Source: Bacillota bacterium
GTDB lineage: Bacteria; Bacillota; UBA5301
NCBI GenBank assembly: GCA_012735535.1
Contig: JAAYHC010000050.1
Span: 1-62,295, forward strand
Direction of reading: 5' to 3'
Length of the DNA: 62,295 nt
The notes under the pieces were generated by a model. It was not told the DNA's origin, did no database searches, and saw nothing but the letters and a program-made list of their open reading frames with translations. Shown piece by piece: positions 1 through 9,072 of this stretch. Positions within the stretch are counted from its first letter, which is position 1. Every line of letters starts with the position of its first letter. The position numbers and the translations under genes are program-made.

Positions 1-55
1 ATTATTTTCTCAGATTTCGTAGCTCCGAGCCCGCTCGCCCACCGGCGACTTTTGT

Positions 56-84
56 ATCTTATCATGGCCAAAATCGGCTGTCAA
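56..84 (-). promoter_or_regulatory. sigma-A promoter firing leftwards out of the window
   Basis: Minus strand TTGACA-N17-TAAGAT with TGn extended -10; its target gene lies outside the window. Confidence 0.7.
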
Positions 85-197
85 CACCTATTTTAGCACT
101 TTTTAGCCAACGTCGCCGGGTGTGTGAGTCTGCCCCAGCCTGGTTTTAGCATAACTTATTATATATATGCCCCATGGGTTAAACTTAGTACCAAAAC

Positions 198-227
198 TTG
201 ATTTACTCACTTAAATCTCGCTACAAT
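198..227 (+). promoter_or_regulatory. putative sigma-A promoter of the RluA-family gene
   Basis: TTGATT-N18-TACAAT; predicted +1 coincides with the ATG at 234. Confidence 0.45.
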
Positions 228-233
228 TTAGCT

Positions 234-1160
234 ATGAACTCAGAGGTACTATGGTTAAAAGTAACTTATCCAGGCCCGGCGCCTGTAAAGCTGGCGACCT
301 TTCTACGGTCCACCGTTGGCATCTCGGTAACTTTATTGCGCAAGTTAAAACAGGCCGAAGCCATCTTCGTTAATGGGCTGCCGCAGCGCGTCGACTATTT
401 GCTTAGACCCGGCGATACCGTAGCCATCAAGGCCATCGACGAGGAACCGGGCTTACCGGGAGAAGATCTCCCGCTCGATATTATCTATGAAGATGACTAT
501 ATCTTGGTCGTGAATAAGCCGGCCGGAATGGTTGCCCACCCGGTCAAACATTATCATAACGGGACTTTAGCCAACGCGTTGGCCGATTATCTCTCCCGCG
601 GTCCGATCTCCCGCCAGGTCCGGCTCGTGCATCGTTTAGACAAGGACACTTCCGGGTTGGTTCTGGTTTCTCTCAATCCGATTGTGCATCAAAAATTGAT
701 CGCGGCGCTTCAGACCAAACAAATTCGCCGCATCTACTGGGCCCTCGTAGCCGGCACGCCGCCCGCAGCCGGCACCATTGACGCCCCGATCGCGCCGGAT
801 GATGAGGTCAGCAGCAGACATAAGGTAGCGCCCCACGGTAGAGAGGCGATCACTCATTTTCGCACTTTGCGCAGCTGGGGAAGGAAAGCGAGCCTGGTTG
901 AGCTCGAATTGGAGACCGGCCGCACCCACCAGATCAGAGTACATCTGGCCCATCTGGGCCATCCGTTATTAGGGGATTCCCTCTATGGTCATCCCACAGC
1001 CAAAGATCCGATTAATCGGCAGGCCCTTCACGCGAAACAGCTCTCCTTTGTACATCCGGTCAGCGGTGAACGCATCACGTTGGAAGCACCGCTGCCGGCA
1101 GACATGGATCGGGTGATCCGTTTATATGATCGCCTCGCAGAGCTAGGGCTGGCTGATTAG
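234..1160 (+). CDS. RluA/RluD-family pseudouridine synthase
   Basis: S4-like N-terminus, VVNKPAGMVAHP, catalytic VHRLDKDTSG, LETGRTHQIRVH, QALHA. ATG 234 preferred over TTG 198. Confidence 0.93.
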   Translation: MNSEVLWLKVTYPGPAPVKLATFLRSTVGISVTLLRKLKQAEAIFVNGLPQRVDYLLRPGDTVAIKAIDEEPGLPGEDLPLDIIYEDDYILVVNKPAGMVAHPVKHYHNGTLANALADYLSRGPISRQVRLVHRLDKDTSGLVLVSLNPIVHQKLIAALQTKQIRRIYWALVAGTPPAAGTIDAPIAPDDEVSSRHKVAPHGREAITHFRTLRSWGRKASLVELELETGRTHQIRVHLAHLGHPLLGDSLYGHPTAKDPINRQALHAKQLSFVHPVSGERITLEAPLPADMDRVIRLYDRLAELGLAD

Positions 1161-1435
1161 AGGTTTGCTTCCGGATAACCGCTTATCTGCAAACCTTGGA
1201 GTTTGGCTTGTTTTAACAGATAAATATACCGCTTTTCGGCCGCCTCCAACGAGTAAATCGCCATATCCACCAGATCCGGTTCGGAAACCTGCTCGAAGAA
1301 GGCGCGGGCATTAGTCCAGTCACGTTTAGCCGCTTCTATATCCGCGAGCAAAGTATTATCGTGCAGCTCAGCCGGGTCAGTAGTGGTTTTCAATCCGGCA
1401 AATTCCGCAAAAAAAGTGGACAGAATATTAGGCAT
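1157..1435 (-). CDS. yaaL: YaaL/DUF2508-family sporulation-associated protein
   Basis: AKRDW..A..FF..VSEPDLVDMAIY.LEAAEKRYIYLLKQAK pattern; position downstream of recR; SD GGAGGG. Confidence 0.85.
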   Translation of the reverse strand: MPNILSTFFAEFAGLKTTTDPAELHDNTLLADIEAAKRDWTNARAFFEQVSEPDLVDMAIYSLEAAEKRYIYLLKQAKLQGLQISGYPEANL

Positions 1436-1506
1436 ATCTTTCCCTCCAAGTGCCTATTCTATCCACCTTATGTTGGCCAACTTATTAGGCCGTTATACAT
1501 TTGCCG

Positions 1507-2103
1507 TTATAATTCGCGGCGCCCCTCGAGCGCTTTGGCCAAAGTAACTTCGTCAACGTACTCCAGATTACCACCAACGGGCAAGCCATGGGCGATCCGG
1601 GTGACCTTGATCCCCAACGGTTTAACCAGGCGGGCGGCATACATGGCGGTAGCCTCACCTTCAACCGTAGGCGAAGTGGCTAAAATGACCTCTTTGACTA
1701 CCTCCGGCGATAACCGGGCGACCAGCTCGCGCAAGCGAATATCGTTGGGCCCGATCCCTTCCATCGGGGAGATAGCCCCTAACAGGACATGATAGCGTCC
1801 GCGAAACTCGCGGGTCTTTTCAAGAGCCACCAGATCTTTGGGCTGTTCGACCACGCAAATAACCGAATCATCCCGCGACGGATCTTGGCAGAGCCGGCAA
1901 GGGTCAGCCTCGGTAATGTTGTTACACTGCGAGCAGTACCTGATCTTTTCTTTTACTTCGATCAGCGCCTCAGCCAGCTTTTGCACCTCGTCTTTATTTT
2001 GGGCAATGAAATGAAAGGCCAACCTTTGGGCGGTTTTTGGACCGATGCCGGGCAGCTTGGCAAGCTCACTAATTAATCTGGCTACAGGTTCAGCATAATA
2101 CAC
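1507..2103 (-). CDS. recR: recombination protein RecR
   Basis: [15 protein letters not shown]4 zinc finger [33 protein letters not shown]. Confidence 0.98.
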   Translation of the reverse strand: MYYAEPVARLISELAKLPGIGPKTAQRLAFHFIAQNKDEVQKLAEALIEVKEKIRYCSQCNNITEADPCRLCQDPSRDDSVICVVEQPKDLVALEKTREFRGRYHVLLGAISPMEGIGPNDIRLRELVARLSPEVVKEVILATSPTVEGEATAMYAARLVKPLGIKVTRIAHGLPVGGNLEYVDEVTLAKALEGRREL

Positions 2104-2121
2104 CGGTCTGATTCTACCTCG

Positions 2122-2445
2122 TTAAAACAGTCCGGGAAAGCCTCCGGCAGGCAGTTCCAAGCCACCGGTGACTTTGGCCAGTTCATTGGTGGCCATTTCA
2201 TGAGCCCGGCGCATCGCATCATTAGCTGCGGCTACGATCAAATCTTGCAGCATCTCGACATCCTCCGGGTCAACCACTTCCGGGTCGATAGTCACCGAGA
2301 CCAGCTCATACTGGCCATTAGCCACCACTTTGACCACGCCGCCACCCGCGGTGCCCTCGACGGTCTTCTCTTTGAGCTCGTTTTGAACCCTGGCCATCTC
2401 CTCCTGCAATTTCTGCACCTGCTTCATCATTTTGCCAATATTCAT
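2122..2445 (-). CDS. ebfC: YbaB/EbfC nucleoid-associated protein
   Basis: MMKQVQKLQ..GTAGGGVVKVVANG..DVEMLQDLIVAAAND; lies between dnaX and recR. Confidence 0.96.
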   Translation of the reverse strand: MNIGKMMKQVQKLQEEMARVQNELKEKTVEGTAGGGVVKVVANGQYELVSVTIDPEVVDPEDVEMLQDLIVAAANDAMRRAHEMATNELAKVTGGLELPAGGFPGLF

Positions 2446-2485
2446 GATTAAACTCCTTTCTAATCGTAAATCGATGCAAACTGGG

Positions 2486-4093
2486 TTATTTCTCTTCTAT
2501 TTTTACAATAGAAGCACCAAACATATTAATGGCCCGCTGCACCAGCGGATCTTGCTCCCAATTACTTATCTTCTTCGAATTGTCGGTAGGTTCCATACTC
2601 GGCACCTCACCACAGACAGCCTCTATCTGCCACCGGGTTCGGAAAAACTCGGCCGCAGCCGCCTCGAGTTCCTCGCGGTTGCCGGCTAGATTGATATTGT
2701 CGCGGTGAAAGGTCATCTCCGGCCGGAAAACCACCCATAACTTTTGTCCATCCAATTTCGGGGTTGCGTCGCGTAACAAAGCCTGCAGTTTTAACAGCTG
2801 TCTGGTCTTCAAATAAGCTAGGAACTCCGGCCACCGCTGGAGGGCCGAACTCGCCTGGCCTTCTGACGCGACCGGCTCTTCGCTGACCGGCGGTTCCGGC
2901 TTGGTCGCCGGCTTCTCCTTCCGGACAGGTTCGGGTTGCGTTACGGGTTGAGCCTCGACCGGGTTATTCACCACCGGTCGCGGGAAGTCGGCCGATTGCG
3001 CTTGCTCCGGCAACCCCTGTCTGGTCACGACTTTTAAGGCGACCAACTCTAACGGTAGCTTTGTCTGGTACCGGCGCACCTCCGGCAGGGTCTCTCCCAA
3101 AAGCGCAACCATTCCCGTCAGCTCCGCCAAATCGGCTGATTTGGCCTGTTCGACCAGTTTCGCCAGTTCGGCATCTGTATAATCCTCCGGACTACCGCCT
3201 CCGGCCTTGTACACCATGAGATCACGCCAGTACTCCAAGACCGCAGTTGCGAACTGGGTCAAGTCTTTACCCAATACCACAACCTGTTCAATGTCTTCTA
3301 ATGCCCGCACCAAATTGCGCGCCAAAAGCGCCGCAGTAAAGTCGGCCACGAGATCAAACTCAACCACGCCCAACAACGCTTTGACATCCTCCACGCTGAT
3401 TGCGGAGTCGGCAAAAGCGATACACTGGTCGAGCAAACTCAAGGCATCGCGCAGCCCACCCTGGGCGTTGCGGGCGATTAAGTGGAGTGCGCTATCGGAA
3501 ACCTCCAGACTTTCTGCCTCGGCGATCTGTCTCAGCCGGGCCACCAAGTCGGTCAGAGCGATCCGGTGAAAACTGAAACTCTGGCAGCGGGATAATATAG
3601 TAGCCGGCACCTTATGCGGCTCGGTAGTGGCGAAAATAAAAATAGCATGGCTCGGCGGCTCTTCCAAGGTCTTCAATAAGGCGTTAAAGGCCTCGGTGGT
3701 GAGCATATGCACTTCATCGATGATGTAGACCTTGTAGCGGCCTTGGCTGGGAACAAACCTTACCTTCTCCCGCAAATCTCTGATCTCATCGATACCGCGA
3801 TTGGAAGCGCCATCAATTTCGATGACATCCATGGACACGCCCTGTTTGATCTGCAAACAGTTCTCACACTCGTCACACGGTTCGGGCCCAGGACCCTTGG
3901 CACAGTTAACCGCTTTAGCGAATAGTTTGGCGATGGTCGTTTTCCCGGTGCCGCGGGGGCCGGAAAACAAGTAGGCATGCCCGATCCGACCCATTTGCAG
4001 AGCGTTCTGCAGGGTTCTGGTCACATGGGTCTGCCCGATTACATCACTGAAACGCTGCGGTCGCCATTTGCGATATAAACTAATGTAGGCCAT
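2486..4093 (-). CDS. dnaX: DNA polymerase III subunit gamma/tau
   Basis: LYRKWRPQRF, Walker A GPRGTGKTT, DEVHML, SRC motif. Confidence 0.98.
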   Translation of the reverse strand: MAYISLYRKWRPQRFSDVIGQTHVTRTLQNALQMGRIGHAYLFSGPRGTGKTTIAKLFAKAVNCAKGPGPEPCDECENCLQIKQGVSMDVIEIDGASNRGIDEIRDLREKVRFVPSQGRYKVYIIDEVHMLTTEAFNALLKTLEEPPSHAIFIFATTEPHKVPATILSRCQSFSFHRIALTDLVARLRQIAEAESLEVSDSALHLIARNAQGGLRDALSLLDQCIAFADSAISVEDVKALLGVVEFDLVADFTAALLARNLVRALEDIEQVVVLGKDLTQFATAVLEYWRDLMVYKAGGGSPEDYTDAELAKLVEQAKSADLAELTGMVALLGETLPEVRRYQTKLPLELVALKVVTRQGLPEQAQSADFPRPVVNNPVEAQPVTQPEPVRKEKPATKPEPPVSEEPVASEGQASSALQRWPEFLAYLKTRQLLKLQALLRDATPKLDGQKLWVVFRPEMTFHRDNINLAGNREELEAAAAEFFRTRWQIEAVCGEVPSMEPTDNSKKISNWEQDPLVQRAINMFGASIVKIEEK

Positions 4094-4233
4094 GGTCCTC
4101 TCCTTTCTTCGGTAAAGTATTCACTTTGGGTCTCCGGTTATCCTTTTGGCTTTGAGTATTCAAGCCGGTTATTAGAGGAACTGCCATTGGCTTTCGGTAT
4201 TGACTTTTTGAGTGCGTTAAAGGAGGAAAGGCG

Positions 4234-5286
4234 ATGATCCCGCACATTGTCTGTTCCGGGAGCCCCAAAACGCTCGGTTTTGAATACGGCTTGCAGTGCC
4301 AGGAACTGATTGCCAACTGGATCACTGAGGTCGAAGCATTGATCAAAAGCCGACTCTTAGTCGATCCGGAGCAATTGTATGCACGGGCGCTGGAGTATTT
4401 TCAACCGCAAATCGCCAAATCCGCCCCTCATCTCTGGCAAGAAATCTTGGGCCTAGCTGAGGCCTCCGAACAGCCGCCGGCGAAAATCGTCTTTCTCCAG
4501 ACCATCTCGGAATTTGCTTCCGGACTATTTCCGGAGAACACGCTGTTAGCCGCCTCCGGCATAGCAACCAGAGACGGCCATACCCTCATCGGTGTCAACC
4601 TTGACTTTCCGCATGAGTTCATCGAGCAGTTTTTAATCGTGCGGGAGCTACAACCTGAACAGGGACCCAGAATTATGCTGCTGGCGGTGGCCGGCTCATT
4701 AGGCTTAGTCGGGGTCAATGACGGCGGTTTAGTTGCGGCCGGCTGCAGCCTCGAATCATCCGGAATTCAAAAAGGATTGCCGGCCACCATTTTGCTCCGG
4801 TTAGCCTTGGAACAGTCCAACCTGGGCGCAATGGTTGATCTGGTCAAGGCGGCACCCCGGGCCGCCGCCCGCAACTATTTACTTGCTGACAAACTAACCT
4901 GCCTGAACTTGGAAACAACCATCTCCACCAGTAGCGAGCTCTGGCCCGAGGAAACAGGGGTGCTGGTACATACCAACCACCGTTTGAGCACCGGCTTGTG
5001 CGAATATGACCCGGCGCTAAGCAAATGGCCGGAATCACCGGAACGTTACCGGCGCTGCCTCAACTTGCTCCAGGATAAAGTGGCGTTGTCAGTTGACGAA
5101 CTGGCCGAAACCTTGGCCGATCATGTGCTGTTTCCGAAAGGAATCTGTCGCCATGAGCATGATGGAATCAAAGGGGCCAGAACCTTCGCCTCCCTGATTA
5201 TTCGGACCGCAGAGCCGGCACTAATGGTCTGTCCCGGCAGTCCCTGTCGAGGTAAGTATGACTGCTTCAACTTTACCGCGGAATAA
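4234..5286 (+). CDS. C45 (acyl-CoA:6-APA acyltransferase/Ntn-hydrolase) family protein, nucleophile apparently absent
   Basis: GFEYG, GVNLDF, GSLGLVGVNDGGL, RNYLLAD, LVHTNH motifs; SD AGGAGG. Confidence 0.75.
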   Translation: MIPHIVCSGSPKTLGFEYGLQCQELIANWITEVEALIKSRLLVDPEQLYARALEYFQPQIAKSAPHLWQEILGLAEASEQPPAKIVFLQTISEFASGLFPENTLLAASGIATRDGHTLIGVNLDFPHEFIEQFLIVRELQPEQGPRIMLLAVAGSLGLVGVNDGGLVAAGCSLESSGIQKGLPATILLRLALEQSNLGAMVDLVKAAPRAAARNYLLADKLTCLNLETTISTSSELWPEETGVLVHTNHRLSTGLCEYDPALSKWPESPERYRRCLNLLQDKVALSVDELAETLADHVLFPKGICRHEHDGIKGARTFASLIIRTAEPALMVCPGSPCRGKYDCFNFTAE

Positions 5287-5364
5287 ACATTACCGAAATT
5301 GGCAAGTACTAACCGCATCCGGAATGAATTTAAATTCATGGATGATTGTCGATCACGGATGATC

Positions 5365-5392
5365 AAAAGCCACGCTCCAATTGGGCGTGGCT
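5365..5392 (-). terminator. intrinsic terminator downstream of ffs
   Basis: Minus strand AGCCACGCCC-AATTG-GAGCGTGGCT followed by TTT. Confidence 0.75.
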
Positions 5393-5409
5393 CTTCATAT
5401 AAATTTACT

Positions 5410-5678
5410 GGCTGTGCACCCGACTTCGACCGAGTCCTTCCGAGCGTAACCATAACAGTTTGCTCCAATCAGGCACTCCTACGGCACCCAGGGGATTTTA
5501 CTTACCGCTGCTTCCTTCCGGACCTGACGGGGTTCGTAAAGCCCTGCCGCGTAGGACCCAATCTTCAACGCCACTTATTATGGGCAGACCTCACAAGAGC
5601 CGGCCTCGGACGGGAATTCGACCTCGCTACAGCGGGTTGCGAGTACAGGGCACCGCTACCTCCCCGTCTAGCACAGCC
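5410..5678 (-). ncRNA. ffs: signal recognition particle RNA, large (Alu-containing) Firmicute type
   Basis: 5' GGCTGTGCTAGACGGGGAGGTAGCGGTGCCCTGT, S-domain GTCAGGTCCGGAAGGAAGCAGC, 3' GCACAGCC pairing with the 5' end; about 269 nt, in the tadA-dnaX locus. Confidence 0.96.
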
Positions 5679-5695
5679 AAACTATACAGATAAAA

Positions 5696-5785
5696 TGGCG
5701 GAGAGAGTGGGATTTGAACCCACGATCGAGTTACCCCGATACACGCTCTCCAGGCGTGCGCCTTCGACCACTCGGCCATCTCTCC
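5696..5785 (-). tRNA. tRNA-Ser(GGA)
   Basis: Cloverleaf with anticodon arm CACGC-CTGGAGA-GCGTG, long variable arm, GGTTCAAATCC, encoded CCA. Confidence 0.97.
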
Positions 5786-5821
5786 GCGAAAGATCTTGCT
5801 TGTTTGCCTAAGACATAGTGT

Positions 5822-5849
5822 ATTATACCAAAAAACCGCGATTAAGCAA
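5822..5849 (-). promoter_or_regulatory. sigma-A promoter for tRNA-Ser(GGA)-ffs
   Basis: TTGCTT-N16-TATAAT with TGn extension. Confidence 0.75.
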
Positions 5850-5874
5850 AACCTAATTTTTCTACTGGGTAATC

Positions 5875-5967
5875 TGGCGGAGAGGGCGGGATTCGAACCC
5901 GCGAGGCGGGGGCTGCCCACCTACTCGCTTTCGAGGCGAGCGCTATCGACCACTCAGCCACCTCTCC
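5875..5967 (-). tRNA. tRNA-Ser(CGA)
   Basis: Anticodon arm CTCGC-CTCGAAA-GCGAG, long variable arm, GGTTCGAATCC, encoded CCA; 5' end 2 nt after the tadA stop. Confidence 0.96.
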
Positions 5968-5969
5968 GC

Positions 5970-6422
5970 TTACCTGATCTGCGCGAAAAAACGTTGTAAA
6001 ATTTGTCTGGACTCCTCAGCCAAAACCCCTCTGGTTACCTCCAGCCGGTGATTTAGCCTGGGATCGCGGACCAAATCCATCAGCGAACCAACCGCGCCGG
6101 CCTTCGGGTCATCCGCCCCATAGACCAGCCGTTTAACCCGGGCTTGCACCAGCGCTCCGGCACACATCGGGCAAGGCTCTATTGTAACATAGATTGTAGT
6201 CCCGGTCAATCGCCAAGTGCCCAACCGGGAGGCTGCATCTCGCAAAGCGACGATCTCTGCGTGGAGAGTCGGGTCTTTCTGCGTTTCCTTGAGATTGTGC
6301 CCCCGACCAACGATCTCCCCATCCAGGGTAATCACGGCTCCGATCGGAATCTCGCCCAGTTCATAGGCGCGCTCCGCCTCTGTTAAAGCAGCCTGCATAA
6401 AGATGAGATCAGCATTCTTCAC
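5970..6422 (-). CDS. tadA: tRNA adenosine(34) deaminase
   Basis: EIPIGAV, HAE, EPCPMCAGA, ADDPKAGA; GTG 6422 gives a typical N-terminus (ORF track start 6452). Confidence 0.95.
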   Translation of the reverse strand: MKNADLIFMQAALTEAERAYELGEIPIGAVITLDGEIVGRGHNLKETQKDPTLHAEIVALRDAASRLGTWRLTGTTIYVTIEPCPMCAGALVQARVKRLVYGADDPKAGAVGSLMDLVRDPRLNHRLEVTRGVLAEESRQILQRFFAQIR

Positions 6423-6429
6423 AGCCAAT

Positions 6430-6458
6430 ATGGTACCACAAACCCGGCTCACTTACAA
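6430..6458 (-). promoter_or_regulatory. sigma-A promoter of tadA overlapping the upstream stop codon
   Basis: TTGTAA-N17-TACCAT with TGn extension. Confidence 0.6.
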
Positions 6459-7847
6459 CAGCTCAGCCGGACTATCGGCCGGGCGCAAGGACCCATCGGC
6501 CGGATCAAAGAGCCATCTGCCGGTGAGCTCTCCGGCGGTCAGGGCAAGCCCAAGTGCTTGGACTTCAAAGCTCAGGACCGGTCTGGTTGCCAACCAGCGC
6601 GGGTCAGTTAAGATGTATCCGGCCGGCCACCTGGTTTCCAGTCCCCACGCCAACCGCTCGCCCTGGCGATTATAACCCACCAGCCGGGTGCGGCCCCAAG
6701 CGCCGGAGAGTTCGACCGCCATCTGCTGCGAGTCGCTCGACCAAGCCACTTTGGTCACCAACTCGCTCGGGTAGCGGGCGATCTCGTGAAACCGCCCGAC
6801 CTCACAATCCCAGAGCAACAAGAGGTTTTGATAGCCGCGTGCTGCGACAGCCAGATATTTACCGTCGGGAGATAATGATAAGTAGTTAATCGCACTCGCT
6901 CCGGAGATGTCGCGCACATCAGCGACGATCTCGTTATTGGCATCTCTCACCCAAGGACCGGTGGCGGTGTAGCTAACCAAATCCTGGACCTGATCGATCC
7001 GGATCGCAGCATCGTCCCTGAGTCTGGCCTGCTTGAGCGCGGTCATCCGCGGTGAGGCCGCCAGCACCCAAATGACGGGTTCCGGGTCTTGGCCGGCCGA
7101 ATCCTCACCGAAGCCATAGCCGATTACCTCCGGACCAATACGTTCTCTTAACACGTAAAATACCATGTCTTCGCGTTCCACCCAGGCCGGAGTATCGACT
7201 CTACCCGGAACGACCAGCTCCTGCCCGGGTCGAATTGAATCCGCGTCGGTAAGGGCATTCCAAACAAAGACTTGATGGATAAAATCCATGATTTGTTCGT
7301 GCGTGCGGCGCCCAAAAGCCCGCGCGATTTGCCACAAGCTTTCGCCATTTTGCACCGTGTGCTTGTGCGTCGGCGTCAGGGCAATTTGCGCTAAGTCTCC
7401 CCCATTCTCATCTCGAAAGACTAACCGGGTAACCCCAGCCATTGTCGCCAGATCAACGACCTTTAGATCAACCGGATAGGTTAGCACCGCCGCGGTCAGT
7501 TCATCCGGCGCCGGTGCGGTTAAACGCACCTTGACCGTAGCCTCTGCGCCTTCCACTAAAACATCGCCAATTGCGATCTCGTATCCGGCCGACGGCTTCT
7601 CTCCCCACGTGACCACGATAAGCGCCGTTTTGGCGAAGTTGGGATTTAAGGCTTGGACCCTCTCGTTCGGCGGTAACTCTGTTTTGAGCTTTTCCCACTC
7701 AGCTTTACCGGTAATATAGTAACCCTTGAAATCCGTGCCGTCCGGACGGATTAGACCGTCAGCGGATACTATGGGGCTGACGATGCTGACGAGTATGCCG
7801 GTGATCATCCCAACCACCCACCTTGCCATTATATTTCGCCCGCTCAC
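6453..7847 (-). CDS. secreted protein with PrcB-C-like domain, LysM domain and partial beta-propeller
   Basis: N-terminal hydrophobic signal; WGEKPSAGYEIAI..APAPDEL..AVLTYP (PrcB_C-like); HTVQNGESLWQIA..SIRPGQELVVP (LysM); LSLSPDGKYLAV and WSSDSQQMAV repeats. Confidence 0.7.
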   Translation of the reverse strand: MSGRNIMARWVVGMITGILVSIVSPIVSADGLIRPDGTDFKGYYITGKAEWEKLKTELPPNERVQALNPNFAKTALIVVTWGEKPSAGYEIAIGDVLVEGAEATVKVRLTAPAPDELTAAVLTYPVDLKVVDLATMAGVTRLVFRDENGGDLAQIALTPTHKHTVQNGESLWQIARAFGRRTHEQIMDFIHQVFVWNALTDADSIRPGQELVVPGRVDTPAWVEREDMVFYVLRERIGPEVIGYGFGEDSAGQDPEPVIWVLAASPRMTALKQARLRDDAAIRIDQVQDLVSYTATGPWVRDANNEIVADVRDISGASAINYLSLSPDGKYLAVAARGYQNLLLLWDCEVGRFHEIARYPSELVTKVAWSSDSQQMAVELSGAWGRTRLVGYNRQGERLAWGLETRWPAGYILTDPRWLATRPVLSFEVQALGLALTAGELTGRWLFDPADGSLRPADSPAELL

Positions 7848-8506
7848 TTTTTACCCTCCTGTCTGGTGATTTGGTCGATTACCGCCTGCGCCTCCGTTTG
7901 GTTGATCCGTTCAACCAAGATTTCTTTCCCCCGCCGGATCGGTCGCAGATTAGCCTCCTGGAGCGCGGTGAAAATGCGTTCAACTTCGGCGGGATCGTCA
8001 GAAGAAAAGACTTTCACCTGATCGGGCTCGACCATCTCAAGATCGGGCTCGCCTCGTTGGTCAAGTCCGAACATTCTCAGCTCTTTCTCCGGACTCGGCA
8101 AGCTCTCCGGGGCAACGAACTTTTCTGCCTGATCCGGTTCGGGCAGCGGTACGCGGTCTTCTAGCGGCAGGTACAACACTACCAGAAGTAAGGCAACCGC
8201 GCCAAGAGCAATAGCCTGGAGATACCGCGGATTGGTCGTCCAGGCCCACCGACTGCGCTGCCGGCGTGTCCGGTCGCGCCGATAACGGTCGACCAGGCGC
8301 TCAAACCAGCCGCTCTGGGGGGGTATTGCTTGCAATACCTCACCCAAATCTTCGGTCAGCAAGACGCGTAGAGCTGTGATTTCTTCCAGCTCACGCCGGC
8401 AGCGCTCACAGTTTTCCAGGTGAGCCCGTACCACTTCTATTTCATCCTTATTTAACTGCTTATCCAGGTATTCATTAAGCTTGACAAAATCAGGGTGTGA
8501 CTTCAT
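7844..8506 (-). CDS. zf-HC2 (ZAS) transmembrane anti-sigma factor
   Basis: YLD..L..HLENCERC (HxxxCxxC), one TM helix, stop/start coupled to the ECF sigma gene. Confidence 0.88.
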   Translation of the reverse strand: MKSHPDFVKLNEYLDKQLNKDEIEVVRAHLENCERCRRELEEITALRVLLTEDLGEVLQAIPPQSGWFERLVDRYRRDRTRRQRSRWAWTTNPRYLQAIALGAVALLLVVLYLPLEDRVPLPEPDQAEKFVAPESLPSPEKELRMFGLDQRGEPDLEMVEPDQVKVFSSDDPAEVERIFTALQEANLRPIRRGKEILVERINQTEAQAVIDQITRQEGKK

Positions 8507-9039
8507 TCTTGCTCCTCCCTTAACCGTTTCAACTCGGCGCGTAACCGACGGTAGCCGTTATACAATCTGCTCTTGACCGTCCCGGCCGGGATCTTTAGCG
8601 TGGCCGCAATTTCTTGAATGCTCAGATCTTCTCCGTGTCTGAGTACCAGCACCGCGCGCATTTCCGGCGGCAAGGTCTCTAAAGCCCCCAGCAGTTCGAG
8701 CCGATCGAGTGTATTTGGTATACCAGAATCAATTGGCGCCACGATCGTCAACAGATCACTTCCCGGGATTTCCCGCCGGCGGCGCAAAAAATCATAAGCG
8801 AGGTTATAGGCGATCCGCTGCAGCCAAGTGCCGAAAGATGCCTCCTGCCGGAATTGCCTCAGATTGTTTAAGGCTTTCAAAAAGGCCTCTTGTACAATAT
8901 CCTCAGCATCTTGGTGACTGCGCACCAGCAGCAAGACGGTCGCATACACGCGTTGGCCGTAACGCTGAGCTAACAGACCAAAAGCCGCGGTATCGCCCTC
9001 GCGGGCTTTCATCACCAATTCGCGCTCCGACTCGTACAA
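8503..9039 (-). CDS. ECF RNA polymerase sigma factor (SigW/RpoE-like)
   Basis: DAEDIVQEAF, FGTWLQRIAYN, IAATLKIPAGTVKSRLY; SD GAGGAGG. Confidence 0.93.
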   Translation of the reverse strand: MYESERELVMKAREGDTAAFGLLAQRYGQRVYATVLLLVRSHQDAEDIVQEAFLKALNNLRQFRQEASFGTWLQRIAYNLAYDFLRRRREIPGSDLLTIVAPIDSGIPNTLDRLELLGALETLPPEMRAVLVLRHGEDLSIQEIAATLKIPAGTVKSRLYNGYRRLRAELKRLREEQE

Positions 9040-9072
9040 CCACTGACCTCCTCTCTAATCACTTCCTACTAT

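Noticed and set aside
4108-4200. Imperfect repeats (AGTATTCA twice, GGTATTGA) in the dnaX/C45 divergent intergenic region
   Set aside because: Short, unevenly spaced and compatible with chance in an AT-rich promoter region
5299-5999. ORFs 5299..5811, 5460..5693, 5627..5920 and 5796..5999
   Set aside because: They overlie the SRP RNA and two tRNA-Ser genes; the translations are read-throughs of RNA-gene sequence
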